A stretch of DNA of 40,075 nt from Ructibacterium sp. (GTDB taxonomy: Bacteria; Bacillota; Clostridia; Monoglobales; Monoglobaceae). Positions within the stretch are counted from its first letter, which is position 1. The number at the start of each line of letters is the position of its first letter. Shown piece after piece: positions 1-8,870 of the stretch. The stretch spans positions 1 to 40,075 of the forward strand of contig JAZOWR010000226.1 of the NCBI GenBank assembly GCA_045659345.1. Direction: 5' to 3'. Under the pieces are notes generated by a model. The model had not been told where the DNA came from. It searched no databases and saw only the letters and a list, made by a program, of their open reading frames with translations. A program made the translations under genes and the position numbers.

Positions 1-1
1 G

Positions 2-130
2 GTTGAGAAGCTCAAGGGAACGGCGTTGGAGAATATTCCGCCTATCGGCAATCTATCTACTGTGGGAAATCTTGTGGTTTTCGCAGAAAACACCGATAAT
101 CTCGAGCGAATTGCAAAGTTGTACAAATGA
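2..130 (+). CDS. Partial CDS (C-terminal 42 aa, ...NLERIAKLYK*), possible alternative allele of 39458..39958
   Basis: Open frame from nt 2 to TGA at 128-130. It ends in the same 12 nt (TTGTACAAATGA, LYK*) as ORF 39458..39958 and lies directly before the scaffold RBS (GAGGTGA). Confidence 0.5.
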   Translation, partial: VEKLKGTALENIPPIGNLSTVGNLVVFAENTDNLERIAKLYK

Positions 131-138
131 GGTGAATT

Positions 139-993
139 ATGGCAGATAATACGACTGTTTTTGACAACATTGAGGAAACTCAGAACACTGAAACTCAGGA
201 CATTGAAACTCAGAATACTGAAACAGAGAATACTGAACCGCAGACGGTGAATAATGAATGGCTTCCTGAAGAATTCCGTACAGATAAATCTTTCGCCAAG
301 TTCAAAGATATTAACGCTCTCGCCAAAAGCTACAAAGAGATGCAGTCTCTTATCGGAAAAAAAAGTGCAGGAATTCCTACTGACGAATCCACAGCCGAAG
401 AATGGAGCAGTTTCTATAAGCAGTTGGGAGTCCCTGAATCTGCAGACGATTACAAATTTGAAACAGATGCAGAATTGAAATTGCCTGAAACTCTCTCCGA
501 TGAGACAATGCAGAAAAAATATCGTGATATTTTCAAGGAAGCAAATCTGACTCCGCAGCAGGCACAGTCACTCTGGAACGCACGCAACAAATACCTGGCT
601 GAAGAATTTGCAACTGCTCAGGCAGAATACGACAAATCTGTCGAAAGCACCACTAATCAGCTGAAAAAGGACTGGGGAGACAAATTCAATTCAGAACTCA
701 ATAAGTCGCTGCAGGCTTTTCGTTACCTCTATCCGGAAACTGCCCCCGCCGATTTCCCGCTGGTCAACAACATTGATTTTGTCCGCACGCTCAACAAAAT
801 TCACAGCCTTATCGGTGACGATAAAATTATTACTTCCAAGACTCCTGGCAATACTCTGGCGGCTGTTGAGTCGGAAATTGCGGAAATTCTTAATAATGCT
901 GATTATCAGAATCCGATGTCAATAAACCATAATTCTCTCATGGACCGTATGCTTGAACTGCAGGCACAAAAGTTGAAAATGAAAGGTCGCTGA
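139..993 (+). CDS. Capsid assembly scaffolding protein
   Basis: Acidic low-complexity N-terminus; WLPEEFR...KFKDINALAKSYKEMQSLIG, PESADDY and LKKDWGDKF motifs typical of podovirus scaffolds; follows the portal module across the circular junction. Confidence 0.75.
   Translation: MADNTTVFDNIEETQNTETQDIETQNTETENTEPQTVNNEWLPEEFRTDKSFAKFKDINALAKSYKEMQSLIGKKSAGIPTDESTAEEWSSFYKQLGVPESADDYKFETDAELKLPETLSDETMQKKYRDIFKEANLTPQQAQSLWNARNKYLAEEFATAQAEYDKSVESTTNQLKKDWGDKFNSELNKSLQAFRYLYPETAPADFPLVNNIDFVRTLNKIHSLIGDDKIITSKTPGNTLAAVESEIAEILNNADYQNPMSINHNSLMDRMLELQAQKLKMKGR
175..237 (+). repeat. 15-bp tandem repeat (~4 units, ETQNT/ETQDI) in scaffold N-terminus
   Basis: GAAACTCAGAACACT / GAAACTCAGGACATT / GAAACTCAGAATACT / GAAACAGAGAATACT. 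Confidence 0.85.
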
Positions 994-994
994 T

Positions 995-1564
995 ATGCAA
1001 ATGATATTTAATTGTGACGGGATTGAATTCATCATTGACCCCGATGAACATCAGATTTTGATTAACGGCAAAGTCGCCGCAGGTGAATTCGCGCCTGTCG
1101 GCGGTGTGGTCGTTGAAGTGAACGCTCAGGATGATACCTTATGCAAGGTTGTGACTGACCTTGACGATACGCCGGAGGAGAAAAAAGTCGTTTACGGCAT
1201 TCCGCTTGAAGTCAAAGACAAGGTAATTATTCTTAAAGATTATATCATTCCTGCAAATGCCTTTTTCGGTGAACTCGGAAACGGTTTTGCGGATGTGGCT
1301 ATAAGCGGAAGTTACAACGATTTGCGGAATAAACCGTCAATCAACGGTCAGACTTTGCAAGGTAATATGAATATCACTGTCGGCGGGGGAGGGGGTGGAG
1401 CAATCTATCAGCCGGGCGAAGGTATTACAATTTCAAGCTCTAATGTTATTTCTGCGGATTTCAACAAAGTTGTATCAAAGTCTGAGTTTACTGCCACAGT
1501 GGGCAATATCGGAACTGCGTTTGATATTATCAACTCGGAACTGATTGAGATTGTTAATACTTGA
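995..1564 (+). CDS. Tail fibre/adhesin-associated structural protein
   Basis: SGSYNDLRNKPSING-x-TL-x-GN motif, poly-Gly hinge, YQPGEGITIS motif and C-terminal VGNI..AFDIIN helix, all typical of phage fibre proteins. Confidence 0.6.
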   Translation: MQMIFNCDGIEFIIDPDEHQILINGKVAAGEFAPVGGVVVEVNAQDDTLCKVVTDLDDTPEEKKVVYGIPLEVKDKVIILKDYIIPANAFFGELGNGFADVAISGSYNDLRNKPSINGQTLQGNMNITVGGGGGGAIYQPGEGITISSSNVISADFNKVVSKSEFTATVGNIGTAFDIINSELIEIVNT

Positions 1565-1575
1565 AAGGAGTGGAT

Positions 1576-4500
1576 ATGACAAATTTGAAAGACTATCCGC
1601 CGTTTATTGCTGCAGATGCGAACGGAAATTTATTGCTCAAGTATAATGCGGCACAAGGCGGGAAAATTAAAAGTGCGATTTTCTTTATCAATAATCACGG
1701 CTATGAAATCAACCTTGAAGCTGACGGCTCTTTTTCTTATAACATCACCCAATATAACGGCGGTGAATATTCAGTTGCTCTTGTAACTGAAGATGGGAAA
1801 CTTGCGGAATTTTTCGGCGTTGTCCCTTTCGGGTCTGTTGCTCCTGATGCGAATAATGCAGTTACTGTTGCGGCGTCAACAGAAGCCAATCCGAAAACTT
1901 ATATTTTGAGAGAGTTTGAACAGTCTCCGGATAATCCTATTAAAATCAGTGTCGGCGCGTATGTTACATTGATTATATCACAGAATGTTGCCGCTTATGA
2001 TATTATATTAAATACTAATGCGGGACTTGTTGCAGGTACTATTAGCGATAATACAAATCTTTTCTGCAGCGGTGGTAATAGCACTGTCAAAATAAAAAGC
2101 CTGAACAGTACAGATGCAGACAGCAGTATACATATCGGTAAAGGGACAATCGCAGAGTTCGGCTATATCGATATGAAAGAGGGTGAAAATACTGCTTATA
2201 TTGCAGGAGGTGCTGTATTTAATGCTGAGTCCGTCACCGGCATTGACAGCTTGAATATTGCCACAGAAGGTAAAGTTGTTGTCAACGGCGCATGGTTTGT
2301 CGCCGATGATGCTGCTGTTATCAAAGTCGGTTCTTACGCTTCTTTTGAGGCAGGTTCAATTACCGGCGGCAGTGTTGATTTGACCTTGAACCGTAACGCA
2401 TACGCAGTTATCGGTGATGCCAATATCAACAAAATGACTGTTCAGGAAGGTGCAGTTCTCAAGCTCGGCACAGTTACTGCAACAGCAGAAGATAACGTCT
2501 TCTCAATGAGCGGCAGTACTGCAGTTATTGAAGGTATTGCTTTCGGCGAAGGTAATGATACATTGAGCTTGGCAAGCGGAGCAAACCTTATTCTGACCGG
2601 CGCAGTTACTGATTTGGAACGCATTTCCGCCAACCTCAGTGCTTCAATCTTTGTAACTGATGCTTCTTATCTCGATTCAGGTCTTATCAGCGGTTCAAGG
2701 CAGATTGAAGTTATCAACTATTACAGCATTGATTCTGACAGCGGAGTTAATACGATTTCTCCGAAGGACAATGATGATTTGTTTCTCATTGAAAAAGGTG
2801 AAACGCTGCATTTTGACGGGGTGAGTGATGGTATAACTTATTTCAGCATTGCTGATAAGACCTGGATGACCGCATTTGATGAGTCGAGTTTTAATGCTGC
2901 AGATGTCAGTTTGGTAAGAGTTGGCTATAACGATACTTATGAAGTGCAATCAGTTAAAAATGTTGAAGGTACTGAAATTGTCGTCAATATTCCCGATACA
3001 ATCACGGGCAAAGAGAACAGTCATATCGGCTATATACGGCTTGAGGCAACGGTGCCGAACGGAGGACTTCCGACTTTCAGCGCAGACAATCTGCCCGCAG
3101 GATTGACCTTATCCGAAGACGGAGTAATAAGCGGAACACCCACAGTTTACGGGGAATTGACAGCACAGATAACAGTCAGTGCAGACGGCTATGCAAGCAA
3201 GGTTATTGAGCTTAATTTCAATATCGCTCAAGATAAATGGAACATTCCGTTGACATTTACGGCTGTGGCGGCAGGGTCAGTAAGGCTAAAAGCGAATGGT
3301 TCAAAAACTTGCAACACTATCCAATACAGGCTCGGTACAAGTGGGGAGTGGCTCGCTTATTCTCTCGATACTAAAATTACACTGAATGAAGGTGAATCGG
3401 TTCAATTTCAGAATACATCTGAATATTTAAATGCAGGTAATGTTGATTATGTGTATTTCTCAATGTCAGGTAAAATAGCAGCATCGGGAAATATGCAATC
3501 TATGGTGAATTATTCTGAAGTAGTTCATCTGTATAGATTTTACAGTATTTTTAGAAACTGTACTTCTCTGGTGCAAGCTCCAGACCTTTTGGCAAAAGAT
3601 GTGAGAGGTGCTGGGTATAGATATATGTTTGGTGGCTGTACAGGACTGACTTCTATTGAACTGTCGGCTGTTACTTTGGCAGATTCAGCTCTGAACGACA
3701 TGTTTTCAGGTTGTTCCTCGCTGAAACATATTAAGGTGAATTTTACTGAATGGAATGATGGCACTTATCCTTACACTTCCGCTTGGGTAAATGGAGTAGC
3801 CTCAAGTGGTATTTTTGAAAAAAACGAAGAGTTAGCCGAAGAGTACGGAATAAGCTATATCCCCAAAGGCTGGGCTGTTGTCAATGCGTCAGACGGCAAC
3901 AAAATTTATGTCGGTTCTCCCGTGGATATTACTGGGATGCAGAATAACAATTTGACTGATTTTCAGCTCTCAATAAGCACTCCTGACGGCGGTACACCGA
4001 GTTTGCTTTCAACAGGATTTCCTAAAGGGGTAACATGCTCTGCAAGCGGTGTTATTTCAGGTACGCCGACCGAAGCAGGAACATTTACAGCTTATGTAAT
4101 CGTGCGGTATGAGGGGTATGACAGCGAAGTTATTATAGTTAATTTCACTATCGAAGCACAGCCGGTCATTACGCCGATAACGCCTGTTGAGGTGTACGGC
4201 GTTCAAAACACAGCAATTACCGCTGTACAGCTCTCTGCAAGTGTATCAGACGGAGGTACGCCGACTTTTTCAGTTCCGAAAATTTTTGATGGTAATTTGC
4301 TTCCTGACGGTTTATCTATGTCGGCAAGCGGTCTTATCACAGGCACGCCCACGGCATACGGCAACAGTAAAGTTTTGGTGAATGTGGATTATAACGGTGC
4401 ATTTACGCAAAGCATTGAGGTTAATTTTTATATCGCTGAAGATACAGGCGGTGAACCTGAAATACCTGAAATTACTGTTGTTTCCCCTGTATCTATTCCA

Positions 4501-5571
4501 GGTGCGCAAGATATAGCCATTACGCCTGTACAACTGGAAGCAAGCGTTTCAAACGGCGGCACACCGACTTTTACAGGCTATAATTTCCCCCTCGGTATCA
4601 GATGTTCAGACAGCGGTTTGGTAAGCGGTTCAACCTCTGAATACGGAGAAATGGCAAGAGAAGTCTGGGTAGAGTATCCGGGAGCAGAAAAGAAGATTAT
4701 CAATGTGAATTTTTCCATTACTCAAAAGATAACTGCCACAATTATTGTAACAACATTACCGGGAACATTATCCGGTACACAGTTTGTCCCGATTTACAAT
4801 ATACAAATTGAGGCAATAGTCTCTGACGGCGGTACTCCGAGATTTAGCGCAGAGGGATTGCCCGCAGGGTTGAAATGCTCCTCAAGCGGTCTTATCAGCG
4901 GAACGCCGATAGAGTACGGATATTTTTACGGCAAAATAACCATCAGCGCAGACGGTGCAGAAGATTATCTGTTAAATATCGGTTTTGATATTGCCAAAGG
5001 TTCAAGTCCCGATCCTGATAATCCTGATAATCCGGAACCTGACCCTGACCCTGATACCGGTTTAGGCAAAACGATAGCTGAAAAACTTGCGTTGACGTCT
5101 CGACTTGTCAAACAGCTGAAGAATTTCAGAGATGTTTCGGTCACGACAGCCACAGCTGCCGATGTGCGCGAAGGCAAGCATTTCTTTAATGCGGCGGGTG
5201 AACTGACACAGGGAACGAATACCGCAGATGAAGATCTTGAAGCACTTGAGTATTTTGCTGAGGATTTGCAAAAAAAGTTTTCTGCATTAACACAAGATTA
5301 TAATGCATTGGAAACAAATTATTCTGAACTGCAATATGACTATTCATTACTGCAGGAGAATTATTCATCTTTGCAAAGCAACTATTCAACATTGCAGGGC
5401 GATTATTCAGCATTGCAGGATAACTATGCGGCACTTGAAAACCGCAATCAGGGTGTGCAGGAGGAATTAAACGCTGTGCAGGAAGAACTGAATACAACAA
5501 CTGCCAATCATGCAGCAGAAATCAACAATATCAATTCTTTGCTTGATACAATTAACGGAGAGGTGATTTAA
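1576..5571 (+). CDS. Large adhesin/fibre protein: beta-helix-like N-region, five putative Ig (He_PIG-like) repeats, BspA-like LRR region, Pro/Asp linker, C-terminal coiled coil
   Basis: Repeats LPAGLTLSEDGVISGTPT, FPKGVTCSASGVISGTPT, LPDGLSMSASGLITGTPT, FPLGIRCSDSGLVSGST, LPAGLKCSSSGLISGTP; LRR-like FRNCTSL/FGGCTGL/FSGCSSL. ATG 1576 follows SD AAGGAG, so it is preferred over TTG 1561. Confidence 0.75.
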   Translation: MTNLKDYPPFIAADANGNLLLKYNAAQGGKIKSAIFFINNHGYEINLEADGSFSYNITQYNGGEYSVALVTEDGKLAEFFGVVPFGSVAPDANNAVTVAASTEANPKTYILREFEQSPDNPIKISVGAYVTLIISQNVAAYDIILNTNAGLVAGTISDNTNLFCSGGNSTVKIKSLNSTDADSSIHIGKGTIAEFGYIDMKEGENTAYIAGGAVFNAESVTGIDSLNIATEGKVVVNGAWFVADDAAVIKVGSYASFEAGSITGGSVDLTLNRNAYAVIGDANINKMTVQEGAVLKLGTVTATAEDNVFSMSGSTAVIEGIAFGEGNDTLSLASGANLILTGAVTDLERISANLSASIFVTDASYLDSGLISGSRQIEVINYYSIDSDSGVNTISPKDNDDLFLIEKGETLHFDGVSDGITYFSIADKTWMTAFDESSFNAADVSLVRVGYNDTYEVQSVKNVEGTEIVVNIPDTITGKENSHIGYIRLEATVPNGGLPTFSADNLPAGLTLSEDGVISGTPTVYGELTAQITVSADGYASKVIELNFNIAQDKWNIPLTFTAVAAGSVRLKANGSKTCNTIQYRLGTSGEWLAYSLDTKITLNEGESVQFQNTSEYLNAGNVDYVYFSMSGKIAASGNMQSMVNYSEVVHLYRFYSIFRNCTSLVQAPDLLAKDVRGAGYRYMFGGCTGLTSIELSAVTLADSALNDMFSGCSSLKHIKVNFTEWNDGTYPYTSAWVNGVASSGIFEKNEELAEEYGISYIPKGWAVVNASDGNKIYVGSPVDITGMQNNNLTDFQLSISTPDGGTPSLLSTGFPKGVTCSASGVISGTPTEAGTFTAYVIVRYEGYDSEVIIVNFTIEAQPVITPITPVEVYGVQNTAITAVQLSASVSDGGTPTFSVPKIFDGNLLPDGLSMSASGLITGTPTAYGNSKVLVNVDYNGAFTQSIEVNFYIAEDTGGEPEIPEITVVSPVSIPGAQDIAITPVQLEASVSNGGTPTFTGYNFPLGIRCSDSGLVSGSTSEYGEMAREVWVEYPGAEKKIINVNFSITQKITATIIVTTLPGTLSGTQFVPIYNIQIEAIVSDGGTPRFSAEGLPAGLKCSSSGLISGTPIEYGYFYGKITISADGAEDYLLNIGFDIAKGSSPDPDNPDNPEPDPDPDTGLGKTIAEKLALTSRLVKQLKNFRDVSVTTATAADVREGKHFFNAAGELTQGTNTADEDLEALEYFAEDLQKKFSALTQDYNALETNYSELQYDYSLLQENYSSLQSNYSTLQGDYSALQDNYAALENRNQGVQEELNAVQEELNTTTANHAAEINNINSLLDTINGEVI
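5296..5442 (+). repeat. 21-bp x7 imperfect tandem repeat encoding heptads (Y-x-x-L-Q/E-x-N/D)
   Basis: DYNALET NYSELQY DYSLLQE NYSSLQS NYSTLQG DYSALQD NYAALEN. Confidence 0.85.
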
Positions 5572-6794
5572 TGAGTACAACTGAAAAACTGCAAAATGTT
5601 TTGAACGCTAAAAATGCGATAAGAGACAAGTTCGGCTTGGGGAATATTCCCTTTGCGCAGTATGCAGAGAATATCAAAACTGGAGGAGGCGCAGACTTCT
5701 ACCTCTGCGGGTATGTCAATCGGACTTATGCCAGCTACAATACGCTCGTTGTCAGCGGTATGCCTGAAGCTCCGTTTGTCGGTTCGAAATACATGAATGA
5801 AAGTACGTGGATGGAGGAAGATGTGCCAGCCGATATAGCAGCACGCAATCCCAACGGCACTTATACTTGGCAGAATCCCACAGCAGAAAGCTATGATTGG
5901 TACTGGATGAGTGAGAACGGTTGTGTTATTGACCACTGGACCATGGCTATGGGTCAGCCTGCAATCTTCCCCGATTACAATTATCAGCAGACAACCAAAA
6001 AGCTCTATATCGAAAGCGAATACGGAGAAGTGCCAAAATATCCGGCTCCTGATGATTTCAGCAGTTACAAATGGATGTATTCCGATGGCAGCAATGATAC
6101 TGTTGTTGAGGGCGGGTCGGTTGCAATCCCGAAACCGGAACCTGTTGAGCCGTATTGGGAGGGTTACAAACTTGAAGCTGACGAAAGCGGCAAGTACAAT
6201 TTTGCAAGCGAAAAGACAAAGCTGACTTATGGTGACTATATGCCCGTTGCAGGTCGTATTTATGATGCGGCGGCAACCGTTGAAATCACCAATGCCGATT
6301 TGACCGAAGATGCGCTGTGGGCGTGTCCGCATGGCATGACCAGCAATGAAAACGATGAGTGGAAAGTAACATCAACAGGAGTGTACAGCTCAAATTATGA
6401 ATGGAAAGCGTTTGACGGGAATGATGACAGTTCTGTATGGCTTGAAAATACAACTTCAAATAACAGCGTTCCGTGGTATCTGCAATGGCAGAATACCTCT
6501 CGCAGTGTATTGATAAAACAGTTGAATATTTACTTTGATGACTCCTCGTATTTTGGCGATAAATCATTTTTCCAGGGCAGCGATGATGGCGTAACATGGA
6601 CTGATATTATGACCGGAAATTTAAGTAATACCAACGGTGAGTATGAGAATGGAAGATTTAAGGTGACGCTGGATATAGAGCATTGTGCGCCGTATAAGTA
6701 TCATCGTATCGGTCGTAATTATAACTCCGGAAGTTATGTAATTATTTACAAAATCGAAGCCTTCAGCCAGCTCCCCCGCGAAGTGCCGAAATGA
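5571..6794 (+). CDS. Receptor-binding/adhesin protein with C-terminal discoidin (F5/8 type C)-like domain
   Basis: N-terminal MSTTEKL...KNAIR...FAQYAENI module; C-terminal WKAFDG...W, WYLQWQ, FQGSDDGVTWTD and YKYHRI motifs. TAATG translational coupling to the upstream gene. Confidence 0.7.
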   Translation: MSTTEKLQNVLNAKNAIRDKFGLGNIPFAQYAENIKTGGGADFYLCGYVNRTYASYNTLVVSGMPEAPFVGSKYMNESTWMEEDVPADIAARNPNGTYTWQNPTAESYDWYWMSENGCVIDHWTMAMGQPAIFPDYNYQQTTKKLYIESEYGEVPKYPAPDDFSSYKWMYSDGSNDTVVEGGSVAIPKPEPVEPYWEGYKLEADESGKYNFASEKTKLTYGDYMPVAGRIYDAAATVEITNADLTEDALWACPHGMTSNENDEWKVTSTGVYSSNYEWKAFDGNDDSSVWLENTTSNNSVPWYLQWQNTSRSVLIKQLNIYFDDSSYFGDKSFFQGSDDGVTWTDIMTGNLSNTNGEYENGRFKVTLDIEHCAPYKYHRIGRNYNSGSYVIIYKIEAFSQLPREVPK

Positions 6795-6860
6795 TTTTAA
6801 AAATCAGGAATAATTCCTAAAAAAATGATAGTGAAAATTTAACTGTTTTTAATTTTTTTT

Positions 6861-6891
6861 GTGGCGGGAAATAAAACCGACATTATAAGTA
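6861..6891 (+). promoter_or_regulatory. Conserved 30-bp motif copy 1 (putative late promoter)
   Basis: GTGGCGGGAAATAAAACCGACATTATAAGTA; near-identical copies at 17021 and 32682; GTGGCG-17 bp-TATAAG spacing. Confidence 0.7.
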
Positions 6892-6920
6892 ATGCAAACC
6901 TAACAGAAAGGAGAAAAAGC

Positions 6921-7328
6921 ATGACTAAAACAATTTTTTTGGGTATGGTTGTTTTAATCGTGACAGGATGCGCATCAACAGCAAATAAGGCTGTGCAGTC
7001 AGCCGGAAACAAGAACCTTAACCTGGACGGATATCTGATGTATGGAGATGCCGAATTTGCCAATCCGGAAACCGGTACCCCGGTCGGAAAATTGATTATA
7101 GGCAGATTGACATACAAATCCCGCAAAGTGGGAATTCCCGCTGATCAGAAAGTCCCGACAACAGGTTACTTCAAAGCAACAAAAACCAAGTCATTATTCG
7201 GAACTGAAGAACAGATTATTGAATATGACTTCACAGCCGGTTCAGATGCCGAAGCTGCTAAAGCATTTGAACAGCTGAACAAATTAAAAGGTCAGGAAAA
7301 TGAAACTCAGAACAATTCAGGGAAATGA
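6921..7328 (+). CDS. Lipoprotein of unknown function
   Basis: Signal peptide MTKTIFLGMVVLIVTG-C with a lipobox; SD AAAGGAG before ATG 6921. Confidence 0.7.
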   Translation: MTKTIFLGMVVLIVTGCASTANKAVQSAGNKNLNLDGYLMYGDAEFANPETGTPVGKLIIGRLTYKSRKVGIPADQKVPTTGYFKATKTKSLFGTEEQIIEYDFTAGSDAEAAKAFEQLNKLKGQENETQNNSGK

Positions 7329-7593
7329 GGTAGATGTACCTCCCGAAGAAATCAAACGCGCCGCAGAAGCAATGGGAATGGTCATGCGACACTCACAAAT
7401 GAGTAAATATGAATATCATGAAAAAGCAAAAGAAAACATTGCTGAACTTATCCATCATCAGCATAAAATTGAAGATGAGGACGATGCAAAAGAAATTTTG
7501 GCGCATTGTCTGGATCTGAATAAAAAGCAAGCTGACTTGCTTTTTGAAATAATGGAGTTCGCCTACGGGTGGGCTGGTAGTAAAACCAACTGA
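7300..7593 (+). CDS. Hypothetical helical, His/Glu-rich protein
   Basis: 97-aa ORF overlapping the lipoprotein stop. Confidence 0.65.
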   Translation: MKLRTIQGNEVDVPPEEIKRAAEAMGMVMRHSQMSKYEYHEKAKENIAELIHHQHKIEDEDDAKEILAHCLDLNKKQADLLFEIMEFAYGWAGSKTN

Positions 7594-7619
7594 AATTTTT
7601 AAACCAAAGGAGGGGAATT

Positions 7620-8258
7620 ATGAGTTGGGAAAATGAAAACAAAACATCGTCAACAACCGCAAAAACAGCACTTGGTCTGTCAATCGGCGCACTGGGAGTC
7701 GAATTGCTCGGCATGGGGGGAGGTAACTTGCTTGCAGGTCGCCTTGGTATGCCGCAGAACGCTACCGTCACTGCTGACATTCTTCCTGCTGTTATGAGTG
7801 CTGTGTTCGCTCTTATGCCGCAGCTCGGCGGAAACTGCAATCGCGGACGTGTTGCAGAACTGGAAGCAGAGGTAGCCAACCTCAACGCTAAACTTTACTC
7901 AAATGAAGTCGGCGTAAATACTTTCAAGGAAGCTCAGTCTGCTATTGAAAAAGTTGACGCAAAATTCAAAGATTTGTTCGATGAAGCAGTCAACAACCGT
8001 GTTGCTAATGCTCGCCAGGAAGAACAAATCAAATGTCTGAATAAAGAAGTCGATTATAAAATTGACGCTCTCCGTTCAGAAATGAAACTCGGCTTCACCA
8101 ATCTCGGCAATGCCATTGAGCGTGAATCTGAGATCCGTGCTGCTGAAGACAAGGCAACTCGTGACTGGACTGAATGCAATTTTGTCAAGTACAAAAAAGT
8201 AATTGACAGCACTCAGCTCTGTCCGCCTGTAACTTCAACTGCCGCAGCCGGTGCTTGA
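7620..8258 (+). CDS. Hypothetical protein: Gly/Leu-rich hydrophobic N-terminus, coiled coil, C-terminal LCP motif
   Basis: TALGLSIGALGVELLGMGGGNLL segment; strong SD AAAGGAGG; followed by a terminator. Confidence 0.75.
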   Translation: MSWENENKTSSTTAKTALGLSIGALGVELLGMGGGNLLAGRLGMPQNATVTADILPAVMSAVFALMPQLGGNCNRGRVAELEAEVANLNAKLYSNEVGVNTFKEAQSAIEKVDAKFKDLFDEAVNNRVANARQEEQIKCLNKEVDYKIDALRSEMKLGFTNLGNAIERESEIRAAEDKATRDWTECNFVKYKKVIDSTQLCPPVTSTAAAGA

Positions 8259-8270
8259 TGATGCAACCTT

Positions 8271-8304
8271 TGCGCCGCTCCTTTTGGGGCGGTGCATTTT
8301 TTTT
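8271..8304 (+). terminator. Rho-independent terminator
   Basis: TGCGCCGCTCC-TTTT-GGGGCGGTGCA followed by T8. Confidence 0.85.
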
Positions 8305-8318
8305 ATATGAGGTGATAA

Positions 8319-8714
8319 ATGAAACTTGACAATTTTATGACTGTTGCAGTAAGTTTTCTTGAACAGAATTTAACTCCGGGGTTGACAAAGGAATATGGAG
8401 GTTTTGCTCAATGGTGTTTAGGTGGTTCGCTGGCTCTTTTAAGTCCGACAATCAAGCAGCGTATATTGAATAATGCAGATATGTTGCGCAGTCTTGGTGT
8501 AATGGATGAGGAAAATAATATAAATATAAGTGCAATTGAGAGTTTTTTGAACGGCGCATTTTCTAAAACTCCGGAATTGCGGCTTAATCCGAGAGAGCTT
8601 CTGAACTTGAGATTTGATAATCCTCTTGTTAATAAGCTTATTAAGGGCAACATGGTTTTTACAAAAGCAGAAGCAGATGAATTCATATCGCTTTTAAAGG
8701 GGTACAATCACTGA
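8319..8714 (+). CDS. Hypothetical phage protein
   Basis: 131-aa ORF with SD GAGGTGA; LGVMDEENNIN motif and one hydrophobic stretch. Confidence 0.7.
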   Translation: MKLDNFMTVAVSFLEQNLTPGLTKEYGGFAQWCLGGSLALLSPTIKQRILNNADMLRSLGVMDEENNINISAIESFLNGAFSKTPELRLNPRELLNLRFDNPLVNKLIKGNMVFTKAEADEFISLLKGYNH

Positions 8715-8737
8715 TTTTGGCTTACAAAATGGAATAC

Positions 8738-8774
8738 AAAAAAGCAGTTTAATTTCTTGAACTGCTTTATTTTT
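8738..8774. terminator. Bidirectional intrinsic terminator between convergent units
   Basis: AAAGCAGTT (8741-8749) / AACTGCTTT (8760-8768), with an A-tract before and a T-tract after. Confidence 0.75.
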
Positions 8775-8785
8775 ACCTCAAAAAA

Positions 8786-8808
8786 TGGTACCCGGAACGG
8801 GACTTGAA
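8786..8808 (-). other. attP core: 3' end of a tRNA (Leu-like)
   Basis: Minus strand reads TTCAAGT-CCCGT-TCCGGGT-A-CCA (T-loop, T-stem 3' strand, acceptor 3' strand, discriminator A, CCA), about 60 bp downstream of the integrase stop. Confidence 0.8.
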
Positions 8809-8870
8809 TTTATTTTTTGAGGTGGGATTTTTTATATGGGCTACTTTTTGGCTGACGGTTTCCCGTACCC

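Noticed and set aside
8786-8860. Complete tRNA gene
   Set aside because: Only the 23-nt 3' portion is present. The adjacent sequence cannot form the T-stem 5' strand or the anticodon arm, so it is read as the att core.
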